Positions 55,732 to 63,963 of a stretch of DNA of 64,000 bases are shown here, one piece after another; positions within the stretch are counted from its first letter, which is position 1, and each line of letters starts with the position of its first letter. The stretch comes from a virus. Its lineage: Duplodnaviria; Caudoviricetes. The stretch covers positions 1 through 64,000 of IMG/VR virus record IMGVR_UViG_3300023053_000008, one strand, 5' to 3'. Made by a program: the position numbers and the translations under genes. Under the pieces are notes generated by a model. It did no database searches. It was not told the origin of the DNA and was given only the letters and a program-made list of their open reading frames with translations.

Positions 55732-57738
55732 TTATTTTTCTTCGTCTTCACCTTTATCAAGTTCAAGACCTAATGATGTGAATAGTCCTCTAATGATCTT
55801 ACTATTATTAGACTCTGTTTGCGTTGGCGTAAATTGAATATCAAACGGATTACCAGTAACCATTTCTTCAGTAAGAGCAGTTCTGTCTTCAATATTAGTT
55901 GAATAAGAATCCATTAGAATCTTAATTGGATCAATTCCATCCCCTACTAAAGCAGCGTTTGTTACCTCCATACTACCAAAACGGATTGGAGTACGAGATT
56001 GAATATCTTTGTATTCTTTATATGCTTTACCTTTAGATGGTAAATCTTTAAGATCATTAAATCCTGTTGAACGAGCAGAGAATTTATTAATCGCTTCATG
56101 TTTAAGACGCATGATATACATTTCACCCATGATAATTGGATTATGAATACCTTCGAATTTAAACTCTTTTACAAAGTCGTATTTCTTATAAATCTCTCTA
56201 AACTCATCAATACCAATATTATTCCAGAATGAACCTTGATGAATTGGAATACCATTGTTAATGAATCCCATCATTGCTTCTTGGAACTCTTCATCAGAAG
56301 CATGTGTTAGATATTCTTCTAGATGTTGTGCTTGTTCTTTATTAATCATACCTACATAATCCAATAGAATCTCTACTGCATTATCTAAATCTTCTTCCAT
56401 TTTCTTTCTGATATATTTTGATACGAAATTAATTTCCATCTCAATCATCTGAGAAGGATTCATACGGTTATAAACACCTAAAGGATTAAGAACAATCTCA
56501 GCTCTTTGACCTTTAAATGGACCTTCAGCAATAACTGGCATCTCAATATCTGGTAATACTTTGAATTTCAATTCTTGATATTCAGAACCTTCATTACTAC
56601 CTTTTTCAGAGATAATACCTTTATTACCATAACGTCCTGTAAGTTTACTACCTTCTTTAACTGGTTCATCTTCTAGAATACTAAACTCAATGATATAGTT
56701 ATCGAATTTATTATTTTGATAAGTGAAAGTATTTCCTTCATCAAGAATCATTTTAGCTCTGTTGTAGTTATATAGTAGGTTTTGAGAAATTTTATTTTCT
56801 TCTTTACCTTCTACAATGTTCTTTAATGCTCTTACGATACCTTTGTAATATTCATTTTGCTTTCTAATATATTTCAAGATTTGTTTACTATAATCTTGAT
56901 CTTCAAGAACTTCTAAGCTTTGGTTATTATAGATATTGATATCTACAATTTGTCCACTTGAATAGAACGTATCATCGGATTCTCTAATTTCAGATAGATT
57001 CTTTAATTCAAATAATAACTTCTCATAATTAATACGTCTTCTTGATAAGATAATTTGCTCATCAATTTCTTCACCAATATCAGGGAAACACTTGTAATTA
57101 TCTTCATCACCATAAACATTCACAAGAATATCGTTGGTATTTACTGAGATCATTACTTTCTTTACTGAGTGGGAACATAGTTTCTTTCCAGCGCTTTCTG
57201 AAATTGGGATAGCATCCTCATAAGTTTTATTATCATATGCAAGATAGATTGCATTCAGATTAACTCCATATTGGAAGTTCATTTCTTCATCATAGTTATT
57301 ATTCTTATAAAGAACTGTCTTACCACTAATCTCTTGACCTTTCTTAAGACCATCAATAACCTCATTATTGAATTTATATCCATAATGCTCTGTTAACCAA
57401 TGATGTTCATGTCGAGATACCATGTCATATTCACCAGTATCTTGATTAAGTATAACTAAATCATAATTGAACTTATTCTTAACAATCTTTTCAATAATTT
57501 TGTAATTACCTTCTAACATTTTATAACCAGTTGAATGCTTTCCAACTTGATCTTCAAAGTTAGTAAATACTAAAGGTGGTTCAGCGCCTTGTAATGGAAT
57601 ACACTGACTAATATGTGATGTAAACATTTGCAGTCGGTTTGAGTCAGTCTTATTTGCATTTGGTACTAAAAGTGGTTCTGCTAAAAACTTGTGATTATTG
57701 TGATACTCTTCCTGATTAATCTTGTTTAAATCTTCCAT
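55732..57738 (-). CDS. rpoB: Phage RNA polymerase beta subunit, C-terminal half (probably non-virion)
   Basis: DSNRLQMFTSHISQ, GSKLTGRYGNKG, VLNPLGVYNRMN, GEMYIMRLKH, RFGSME. Confidence 0.93.
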   Translation of the reverse strand: MEDLNKINQEEYHNNHKFLAEPLLVPNANKTDSNRLQMFTSHISQCIPLQGAEPPLVFTNFEDQVGKHSTGYKMLEGNYKIIEKIVKNKFNYDLVILNQDTGEYDMVSRHEHHWLTEHYGYKFNNEVIDGLKKGQEISGKTVLYKNNNYDEEMNFQYGVNLNAIYLAYDNKTYEDAIPISESAGKKLCSHSVKKVMISVNTNDILVNVYGDEDNYKCFPDIGEEIDEQIILSRRRINYEKLLFELKNLSEIRESDDTFYSSGQIVDINIYNNQSLEVLEDQDYSKQILKYIRKQNEYYKGIVRALKNIVEGKEENKISQNLLYNYNRAKMILDEGNTFTYQNNKFDNYIIEFSILEDEPVKEGSKLTGRYGNKGIISEKGSNEGSEYQELKFKVLPDIEMPVIAEGPFKGQRAEIVLNPLGVYNRMNPSQMIEMEINFVSKYIRKKMEEDLDNAVEILLDYVGMINKEQAQHLEEYLTHASDEEFQEAMMGFINNGIPIHQGSFWNNIGIDEFREIYKKYDFVKEFKFEGIHNPIIMGEMYIMRLKHEAINKFSARSTGFNDLKDLPSKGKAYKEYKDIQSRTPIRFGSMEVTNAALVGDGIDPIKILMDSYSTNIEDRTALTEEMVTGNPFDIQFTPTQTESNNSKIIRGLFTSLGLELDKGEDEEK

Positions 57739-57794
57739 TTAAAATCTCCTCCAAATTAAAACCTATATAAAATATATTATATCTATACTCTATT

Positions 57795-57807
57795 ATAATA
57801 TGTCTTT
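57795..57807 (-). promoter_or_regulatory. Early-type promoter variant AAAGACATATTAT before beta C
   Basis: Shares the ATATTATAATAG context with the 10908 site. Confidence 0.45.
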
Positions 57808-57861
57808 ATAAAGCTATTTAAATCTAAAAAAAGAAGACCTGATTAAAGGTCTCCTTAAGAA

Positions 57862-58614
57862 TTATTTAGAAAACTCTACTAGAGCTTTAATAATTCTTTC
57901 TGCTTCATTTTTATCCTGAACAACACTTTTAACAACACTCTTCATAGTAGCTTCATTAGGGAATACCGCAATATTATCACTGTTATCCCATGCAGTAGTT
58001 TTCATTTCAGTAGTATTATCTGATTGGAGTTTAACTTGCTTTAATGTATAACGATCTCTAATACTTCTATTACATAGGTAGTATCCTGTAACAATACCAA
58101 ATGAATTAGTTCGACTATTATAAATGAATTTACCAGTATTGAAATTATTACCACGTAAACCAATTAACATTTGACCTGTAGATAAATAAGTTTGTGTTTT
58201 AACTACATCTAATTCTAGGATTTTACCGAAGTGTTCTTGGATAGTATTTTCAGATTTATCATCTTTATTAGGTTCATGGACATAGATTCGTCGTAACTCA
58301 CCATTCTTTAATAAATGACCTTTAACAATATAACCACTTTGAATAGCAATCTTTTCAATTTCAATAGCAGTTTTAAGACTTTCAATATTGTTATTAGAAA
58401 TAAAGTGAGTCTCAAAGAATGAGTTGATTGATGCTTGGAAAGATTTAGCCATTTGTTTTAAAGCTAATTCAGGGGTTTTAACACGGATTCGAATATCAAT
58501 TTCCTCTGGATTAATAGTATCCATATTAAAATCTGGTAAGATAGTGTTAGTTAAAAATTCTTCCATTCCAATTTGTACATGTTGTGTTGTTGTAGTCATA
58601 ATAAATTCCTCCAA
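57862..58614 (-). CDS. Hypothetical protein (probable start at MTTTT)
   Basis: GGAGG RBS, open frame. Confidence 0.7.
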   Translation of the reverse strand: MEEFIMTTTTQHVQIGMEEFLTNTILPDFNMDTINPEEIDIRIRVKTPELALKQMAKSFQASINSFFETHFISNNNIESLKTAIEIEKIAIQSGYIVKGHLLKNGELRRIYVHEPNKDDKSENTIQEHFGKILELDVVKTQTYLSTGQMLIGLRGNNFNTGKFIYNSRTNSFGIVTGYYLCNRSIRDRYTLKQVKLQSDNTTEMKTTAWDNSDNIAVFPNEATMKSVVKSVVQDKNEAERIIKALVEFSK

Positions 58615-58685
58615 GTTTTTTATATATTATATATGATATGAAAAGGATAACATCATATATAAATATGACATTATCCTTAAAAATA

Positions 58686-59957
58686 TTAACCTTCGTACTC
58701 TACTTCTTCACCTTCACCAGTGTAGTAATTACCATCACTGCCTAACCATACATCATTTTCTTCATCTACACATTCTACTAATTCAAGTTCACCTTCAGAA
58801 CCCATTTTCTCTGGAAGTGGAACGAATTGAACCATAACTTCATCAACAAGACGAGCAATAGTTTCTTGTAATTCAACTGATTCGTTATATTTCTCTCTGA
58901 ATTTCTTCTGAGTGAATTTAACATCAGGGCAATCCTCAAAGTAGTAAGCACGAGGTGAACCTTTAAGATAACCATTATCTTTTAAGATATTGAAGTTAGT
59001 CATAAGGTTATCAAGACCATTACGTTGAGAGAATACCATATCAAATTTCTTACCAGATTCATTTGAACGTGATTTTAAGAACTCACCAACAGACATGAAA
59101 CCTTTAACTCCTAGAGTTTCATCTTCTTCTAATTTCTTACCTGGCTCTAGACGTAGTAAAGAAGAAGCCATGTAGATACAGCTTGATCCACCAGGAATAG
59201 ATTCATTTTGTTTTAAGTAGTTTAATTTAGCTTTAGTCTTAACTGGTCCGATCTCAATCTTTTCAGTGATATGGTTAACAATGATTAAGATGATGTTACC
59301 TTCTTCAAGTGGTCCAGCTAGACGTTTGATGATAGAGTTATTTTCTTTAGCAATAGCTGATGCTGACATTGAACCAGAAAGTTTTTCTTCTTCAGCAATG
59401 TTTTGAGGAACCATTACAGCCCATGAATCAACAATAACAATGCTAGGTGGAATACCGTATACTTTGTCTCCATTATAATCAATAATACCAGTATCATATT
59501 TTAATAGGTCAAAGTTTTCTTTCTTGTTCTTGATATTTGCAATAGATTTACACATTTTATATACAGATTCACTATAAATCTTACGGTTCATTAAGTGATA
59601 TTTATTTTTAATCTTTTCATCAGACCAACCTGTTAAACCTTTAATACGAGCAATATTAGTTGCACGTTCAAAGTCAAAGTGAGTTACTGTTGCATGTTCG
59701 AATTGATCAGCAATGTGAGTACCAATTTGAATAGCGGCAGTAGATTTACCAGAACCAGATGGTCCAATAACAGTTAAGATTTTACCACCTTCAACACCAA
59801 CTACGATCTTTTCATTCTCTTCACCTTCAACACGACCATTATGATAATCGATTGCATCGATACCAGTTTTATATACAGGCATGTAAAGGTTTTCTTCACC
59901 TAAGCCATCTTTTTTAGCTACTCCACGGAATTCATCTGCAAGGTTTAATGTTGTCAT
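58686..59957 (-). CDS. recA: RecA/UvsX-like recombinase
   Basis: TGIDAID, Walker A GPSGSGKS, DFER, VIVDSW, IIVNHI, IPGG. Confidence 0.88.
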   Translation of the reverse strand: MTTLNLADEFRGVAKKDGLGEENLYMPVYKTGIDAIDYHNGRVEGEENEKIVVGVEGGKILTVIGPSGSGKSTAAIQIGTHIADQFEHATVTHFDFERATNIARIKGLTGWSDEKIKNKYHLMNRKIYSESVYKMCKSIANIKNKKENFDLLKYDTGIIDYNGDKVYGIPPSIVIVDSWAVMVPQNIAEEEKLSGSMSASAIAKENNSIIKRLAGPLEEGNIILIIVNHITEKIEIGPVKTKAKLNYLKQNESIPGGSSCIYMASSLLRLEPGKKLEEDETLGVKGFMSVGEFLKSRSNESGKKFDMVFSQRNGLDNLMTNFNILKDNGYLKGSPRAYYFEDCPDVKFTQKKFREKYNESVELQETIARLVDEVMVQFVPLPEKMGSEGELELVECVDEENDVWLGSDGNYYTGEGEEVEYEG

Positions 59958-60027
59958 TTAATATTTCCTCCTATAAGGACTTATAAATTATAAACTATAT
60001 AAATCCAAAATTTACTTTTCATAATAT

Positions 60028-60039
60028 CAATTTTTTGTT
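60028..60039 (-). promoter_or_regulatory. Late-type promoter AACA-aaaaat-TG
   Basis: Motif match with G at the last position. Confidence 0.35.
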
Positions 60040-60100
60040 ATATGATATTTTTAAAAATAAATTTTTAAGATTTATTGACAACACTTGCAGATGAATACCA

Positions 60101-60442
60101 TTATTGAGTTATTTTCTCACAGAATGGCTTACCATTTTTAATGAGAGGTGAAAATGACTGTACATCGTTACCAAAATCATTAGATCCAGCAATTAAGATA
60201 TAATGACATTTGGATTCATCACCATTATCTCGTACAATAAATACTTTATTCATAGAAGGAGTAGCACGAACATCACCATTTGCATACTTTAACACAAATC
60301 GGTCTTGTACTTCTTCTAATACTTCAAAGCGTTGTTCTTTGGATACTTTTATTAATTCCTTACCTGTATCACTATCTGGTTTTGAAGCACATGCAGATAG
60401 TAATAAAGTAGGTAGAAGGAGAACTGATAATAATTTTTTCAT
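60101..60442 (-). CDS. Lipoprotein (DUF6440-like)
   Basis: Lipobox LSAC; RFEV...FIVRD...SPLIKNGKP. Confidence 0.75.
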   Translation of the reverse strand: MKKLLSVLLLPTLLLSACASKPDSDTGKELIKVSKEQRFEVLEEVQDRFVLKYANGDVRATPSMNKVFIVRDNGDESKCHYILIAGSNDFGNDVQSFSPLIKNGKPFCEKITQ

Positions 60443-60454
60443 TTCAATTTCCTC

Positions 60455-60703
60455 CTATAAGTGAAAATAAGATCCAAATACAGTACGACGTGATGAACGA
60501 TTGTTAGATACACCTTTAGCTTCATTATGATGATTCTGAATGAATGCATAAGCTTGACGACTTGTACTTCCATTGAAACGATGAGATGTTGTCTCTTCAA
60601 TGAATTGAATAATATTACGTTGTGTTACTGTTACTGGATTTTGACTATGATATCCCCATGAATAAGTTCCATCACCATGTAATGTTGTTTGGTTTTCTTG
60701 CAT
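60455..60703 (-). CDS. Hypothetical protein
   Basis: AGGAG RBS; F.G.T..QA..FI pattern common in small phage proteins. Confidence 0.65.
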   Translation of the reverse strand: MQENQTTLHGDGTYSWGYHSQNPVTVTQRNIIQFIEETTSHRFNGSTSRQAYAFIQNHHNEAKGVSNNRSSRRTVFGSYFHL

Positions 60704-60784
60704 TATAAATCACTCCTATAAAATAAATTATAAATTAAAAATGATACTGGTATACCATTATATAATATTTATTTGAAATGATTT

Positions 60785-61015
60785 TTATTTCTTTTTAGGT
60801 CTCATTACTATTTCAAAACAATCATTACACTTGTGTTTATCATATTTACTCTCTTCTTCAAATGAACCAAAAGTATCCATCTTATAAGTATTGATATGTG
60901 GACATACTTTTCTCATTCTCTTTAATAATTCATTTTCCTTACTTATATATTCTCTTAATATAATTTTATTTTCTTCATATTCTTTTTTAATATCTTCAAA
61001 ATTATCTTTTTTCAT
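60785..61015 (-). CDS. Small coiled-coil plus Zn-ribbon protein
   Basis: CPH...CNDC. Confidence 0.65.
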   Translation of the reverse strand: MKKDNFEDIKKEYEENKIILREYISKENELLKRMRKVCPHINTYKMDTFGSFEEESKYDKHKCNDCFEIVMRPKKK

Positions 61016-61108
61016 AATATTAATACTCCTTTATATAATATAATTTATTATAATAATTATTAATATAAATAATAAAGATAGTACCACTAAAAAGCAGTAC
61101 TACCTTTA

Positions 61109-61834
61109 TTAATTTTTGTTGTATTTACTCTTTTTTATGAAATCTTTAATAAGTTGTGGATTCCATCTTAAATATTCAAGTAAACTATAGATATTTTTAA
61201 AATCTCTACTTCCTTTACGAATGGAATCAATCTTTCTATAAAGTTTCATAGTGTTTTGATCCACATTTCTATTGAATTCAAAACCTAAGGTTTTATTAGC
61301 AAATTGATAATCTGCTATATAATCAACCATAATTTTTTTAAGAACTCTAGTATAATCATTGCTTTCCTTATACTTCTTTATATATCTTTTAATAATTGCA
61401 GGATTAAAGAAATATTTAGCTAAGCAACGAACTATACCAATTCTAGCATAACGAATATCTGGAATACCTAATAATAAGGTAACAGTTTCATATATACTAT
61501 TCTCATAAATATTTTTCTTAGCAATCTTTGCAATACCCCTTCTAGGATTACGTTCTGTACTGTACACCGAATAAATATTAACAGTATGAATGAAATTATC
61601 CAGAGTAATATCTAAATCATTTTTGAAGAAGTTATAAATAAATTCCATAGATGATGCAACCCTAGGTCTGTCTGAATTATGTTGCAACGTTACCCCTATA
61701 CTAATATTTTTATTAGAACGACTTAGTCCCTCAAGTAATTGCGTGTCAAAATAAACATTAACACACATCTTACCAACATTATAATTTTCTACATTAAAGT
61801 CATCATAAAACATTACTAACACCCCATATATCAT
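61109..61834 (-). CDS. Hypothetical basic protein
   Basis: Translationally coupled to the upstream gene. Confidence 0.7.
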   Translation of the reverse strand: MIYGVLVMFYDDFNVENYNVGKMCVNVYFDTQLLEGLSRSNKNISIGVTLQHNSDRPRVASSMEFIYNFFKNDLDITLDNFIHTVNIYSVYSTERNPRRGIAKIAKKNIYENSIYETVTLLLGIPDIRYARIGIVRCLAKYFFNPAIIKRYIKKYKESNDYTRVLKKIMVDYIADYQFANKTLGFEFNRNVDQNTMKLYRKIDSIRKGSRDFKNIYSLLEYLRWNPQLIKDFIKKSKYNKN

Positions 61835-62346
61835 TATCTTATTTCTTTATATTTTGATCTTTCTATTTTTACTTTGCTATCAAATCTGAATTCTTTATAT
61901 ATCAGAGAAGCATCTCCTAATTCATTAGTTCGAATAGTTCTTAAGTGAGTATCGCCTACTATAACAACTATTTTCCCTTTCCCTAAATACTCTTTAATCT
62001 TCTCAACCATGTGCTTTTCTCTTAGAAGAAACTTATTCTTTAATGAATAATGTTGGGGAACATCTTCTAAGTCGATTCCTATAAATGGTATATCTAGTTT
62101 GTAAGCTAATTCATACACATCTTTATTTATACTTGGATCACATTGATGTCCTCCAATTCTGCAGTGACTTAACCTTTTTCTAGCTTCCTGCTTATTGTCT
62201 ATTACATCTTCATACAATAATTCATGAAGAACATAGTCAGGTTTTAGTCTTTTTATCTCTCTTTCAATAGTCTCTACAGAATCTCTTACATGATGATTTT
62301 CACCAAAAATAAAGCATGTTTTGACAGACATTTTAGAACTCATCAC
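61834..62346 (-). CDS. TraB/Tiki/ChaN/EreA-superfamily protein
   Basis: IFGENH, VLHEL, IGID, REKHM, VIVGDTHL. Confidence 0.6.
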   Translation of the reverse strand: MMSSKMSVKTCFIFGENHHVRDSVETIEREIKRLKPDYVLHELLYEDVIDNKQEARKRLSHCRIGGHQCDPSINKDVYELAYKLDIPFIGIDLEDVPQHYSLKNKFLLREKHMVEKIKEYLGKGKIVVIVGDTHLRTIRTNELGDASLIYKEFRFDSKVKIERSKYKEIR

Positions 62347-62353
62347 CTTTAAT

Positions 62354-63865
62354 TTATTTTTGTAATTGTCTTAATAATTCTTCTTCATCAATTGGTTGGT
62401 CTAATAAGTCACTATCAATTCCTGCCCCAATAAGTAAAGCATAGATAGTATTTAATACTTGGTTTTCACTGATATCTTTTGGAATATCTTTTAAGTAAGT
62501 ATAACCATACATTGAGATTTGCTTATACATTTCAGTCTTCTTCAATGAACTATCGGCACGAGCACCAAAGAATTCTTGTAAAGCATAATCTGCTTCAATA
62601 ACAGATAAAGCATAGTTCTCTGCATCGGTAACACGAGCAATTTTATCATCACCTGTTACTAGGTTAGTCTTAAGGTTACGTTTATTAATATCTAACGAAT
62701 AAGTATTCTTCTTAGATAAAATCTGCTGTAAACGTCTTAAGTGAATATAACCAATTGGTACTTCATACATAGTTCTTAATGGATCATCCTTCTGACCGTC
62801 ATGACTAAAGTATACATACTCATTTAAAGGAACTTTTAAGAAGTCTAATAATTCTTTGATATCTTTTAATGAAGGTTCATTTTTATTTGGAAGTATCTCT
62901 AAGTAGAAATGATCATCCTCACTATATAAGAACTTCTTCATATATTTATCAAATTTCTCATCAGACATAGACTTAAAGAATCTTTTATATTTATCTACGT
63001 TAATACCAGACTTATCAGCAATAGCTATTGATTTAAGAATCTTATCCTCCATTTTCTTTCTTTTAGCAGGTGTCATCTTAGTAGCTTCACTAAGTAATTC
63101 AATTCCTTCTTTAAGCATCCCTCTTTTATCAGCTTTAACCTTATCAGATACTTTACCTGAAGAGATTTGAGTAAGGTCTGGATGATTTAAGAAATCATTA
63201 GGTCTTACTAAACCATGATTCTTATCAAATAATACAAGTCCTGCATTATTCAATACAAAAGCAATAAATTGAGAGCAGAAGAATTCATATCTTCTATTTA
63301 AAGGGATATTAAAAGCATTCAGGATCAAAGAAATCTTGCTAAATTTGAATTTAGTTTTTTCTTTTTCAAATTTCTTTAATTCTTTCGTAACTTTATTGAA
63401 CTCTCCTTCAGTAACCTTTAGTTCTAATTGAACATAATCAGCATCGTTTTGTTTGTAGAATCCTGAATCCATTTTTTCAATAATGAAACCTGATTCTTCA
63501 TCATCTACATTTCTTCCAAAACCATATACATGATTAAATGAAGGATCTAATGCTAATGAAGCATGGTTGAAATCAGAACGTATTACATTCTTGATAACTT
63601 GACCCATTACTGTCTTTGTATTAGTAAGTATAATATGAAGAGACTTAGTCAGGTTCTTACGATTTCCTTTTAATTTTATTGGTCTTACCATGAACTCTGT
63701 ATTGTATATAAATTCATTTAATACAGAAAACTCCTCATTCTCATTAATAATTTCTTCATCTCTTTCATCAGAAGGGAACATGTATCCTTCAGAACATTCT
63801 GGACAAATTAATGAAAGATGGTCGATACCTTCAGCGTGGTTACAAATGTTGCAAATAGTTTTCAT
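62354..63865 (-). CDS. Fusion: Zn ribbon + permuted papain-like NlpC/P60 domain + RNA polymerase beta extreme C-terminal fragment
   Basis: CNIC/CPEC; NHASLAL and FFCSQFIA; then VPIGYIHLRRLQQ, ARVTDAENYAL, YALQEFFGARADS, VLNTIYALLIGAGID matching the beta C-terminus. Confidence 0.75.
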   Translation of the reverse strand: MKTICNICNHAEGIDHLSLICPECSEGYMFPSDERDEEIINENEEFSVLNEFIYNTEFMVRPIKLKGNRKNLTKSLHIILTNTKTVMGQVIKNVIRSDFNHASLALDPSFNHVYGFGRNVDDEESGFIIEKMDSGFYKQNDADYVQLELKVTEGEFNKVTKELKKFEKEKTKFKFSKISLILNAFNIPLNRRYEFFCSQFIAFVLNNAGLVLFDKNHGLVRPNDFLNHPDLTQISSGKVSDKVKADKRGMLKEGIELLSEATKMTPAKRKKMEDKILKSIAIADKSGINVDKYKRFFKSMSDEKFDKYMKKFLYSEDDHFYLEILPNKNEPSLKDIKELLDFLKVPLNEYVYFSHDGQKDDPLRTMYEVPIGYIHLRRLQQILSKKNTYSLDINKRNLKTNLVTGDDKIARVTDAENYALSVIEADYALQEFFGARADSSLKKTEMYKQISMYGYTYLKDIPKDISENQVLNTIYALLIGAGIDSDLLDQPIDEEELLRQLQK

Positions 63866-63890
63866 TTAGTTACCATCCTTTCGTACTGTA

Positions 63891-63902
63891 TATAAAATTG
63901 TT
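63891..63902 (-). promoter_or_regulatory. Late-type promoter AACA-atttta-TA before the fusion gene
   Basis: Motif match. Confidence 0.55.
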
Positions 63903-63950
63903 CTTTTAAAAGGAAAATTTTTAAAACGTTGAAATTACATAAACTGTTTC

Positions 63951-63963
63951 AAATACATATTAT
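63951..63963 (+). promoter_or_regulatory. Early-type promoter variant AAATACATATTAT for a gene beyond the window end
   Basis: Followed by AAAGGAGAGA RBS at the window end. Confidence 0.45.

Noticed and set aside
31501-59957. Inteins in terminase, ligase, RNAP or RecA
   Set aside because: Protein lengths are normal and no C/S...HN-C/S/T splice junctions or LAGLIDADG blocks were seen
6322-60464. Other short ORFs nested in or antisense to long genes (6322, 7223, 8284, 8842, 10005, 10082, 10349, 10775, 17060, 18311, 19585, 22096, 26626, 27743, 29437, 33968, 35438, 36536, 36544, 40400, 45067, 50675, 51443, 52077, 58424, 58778, 60210)
   Set aside because: Overlap well-supported genes, lack an RBS, and show the S/L/F/I-rich composition expected of shadow frames
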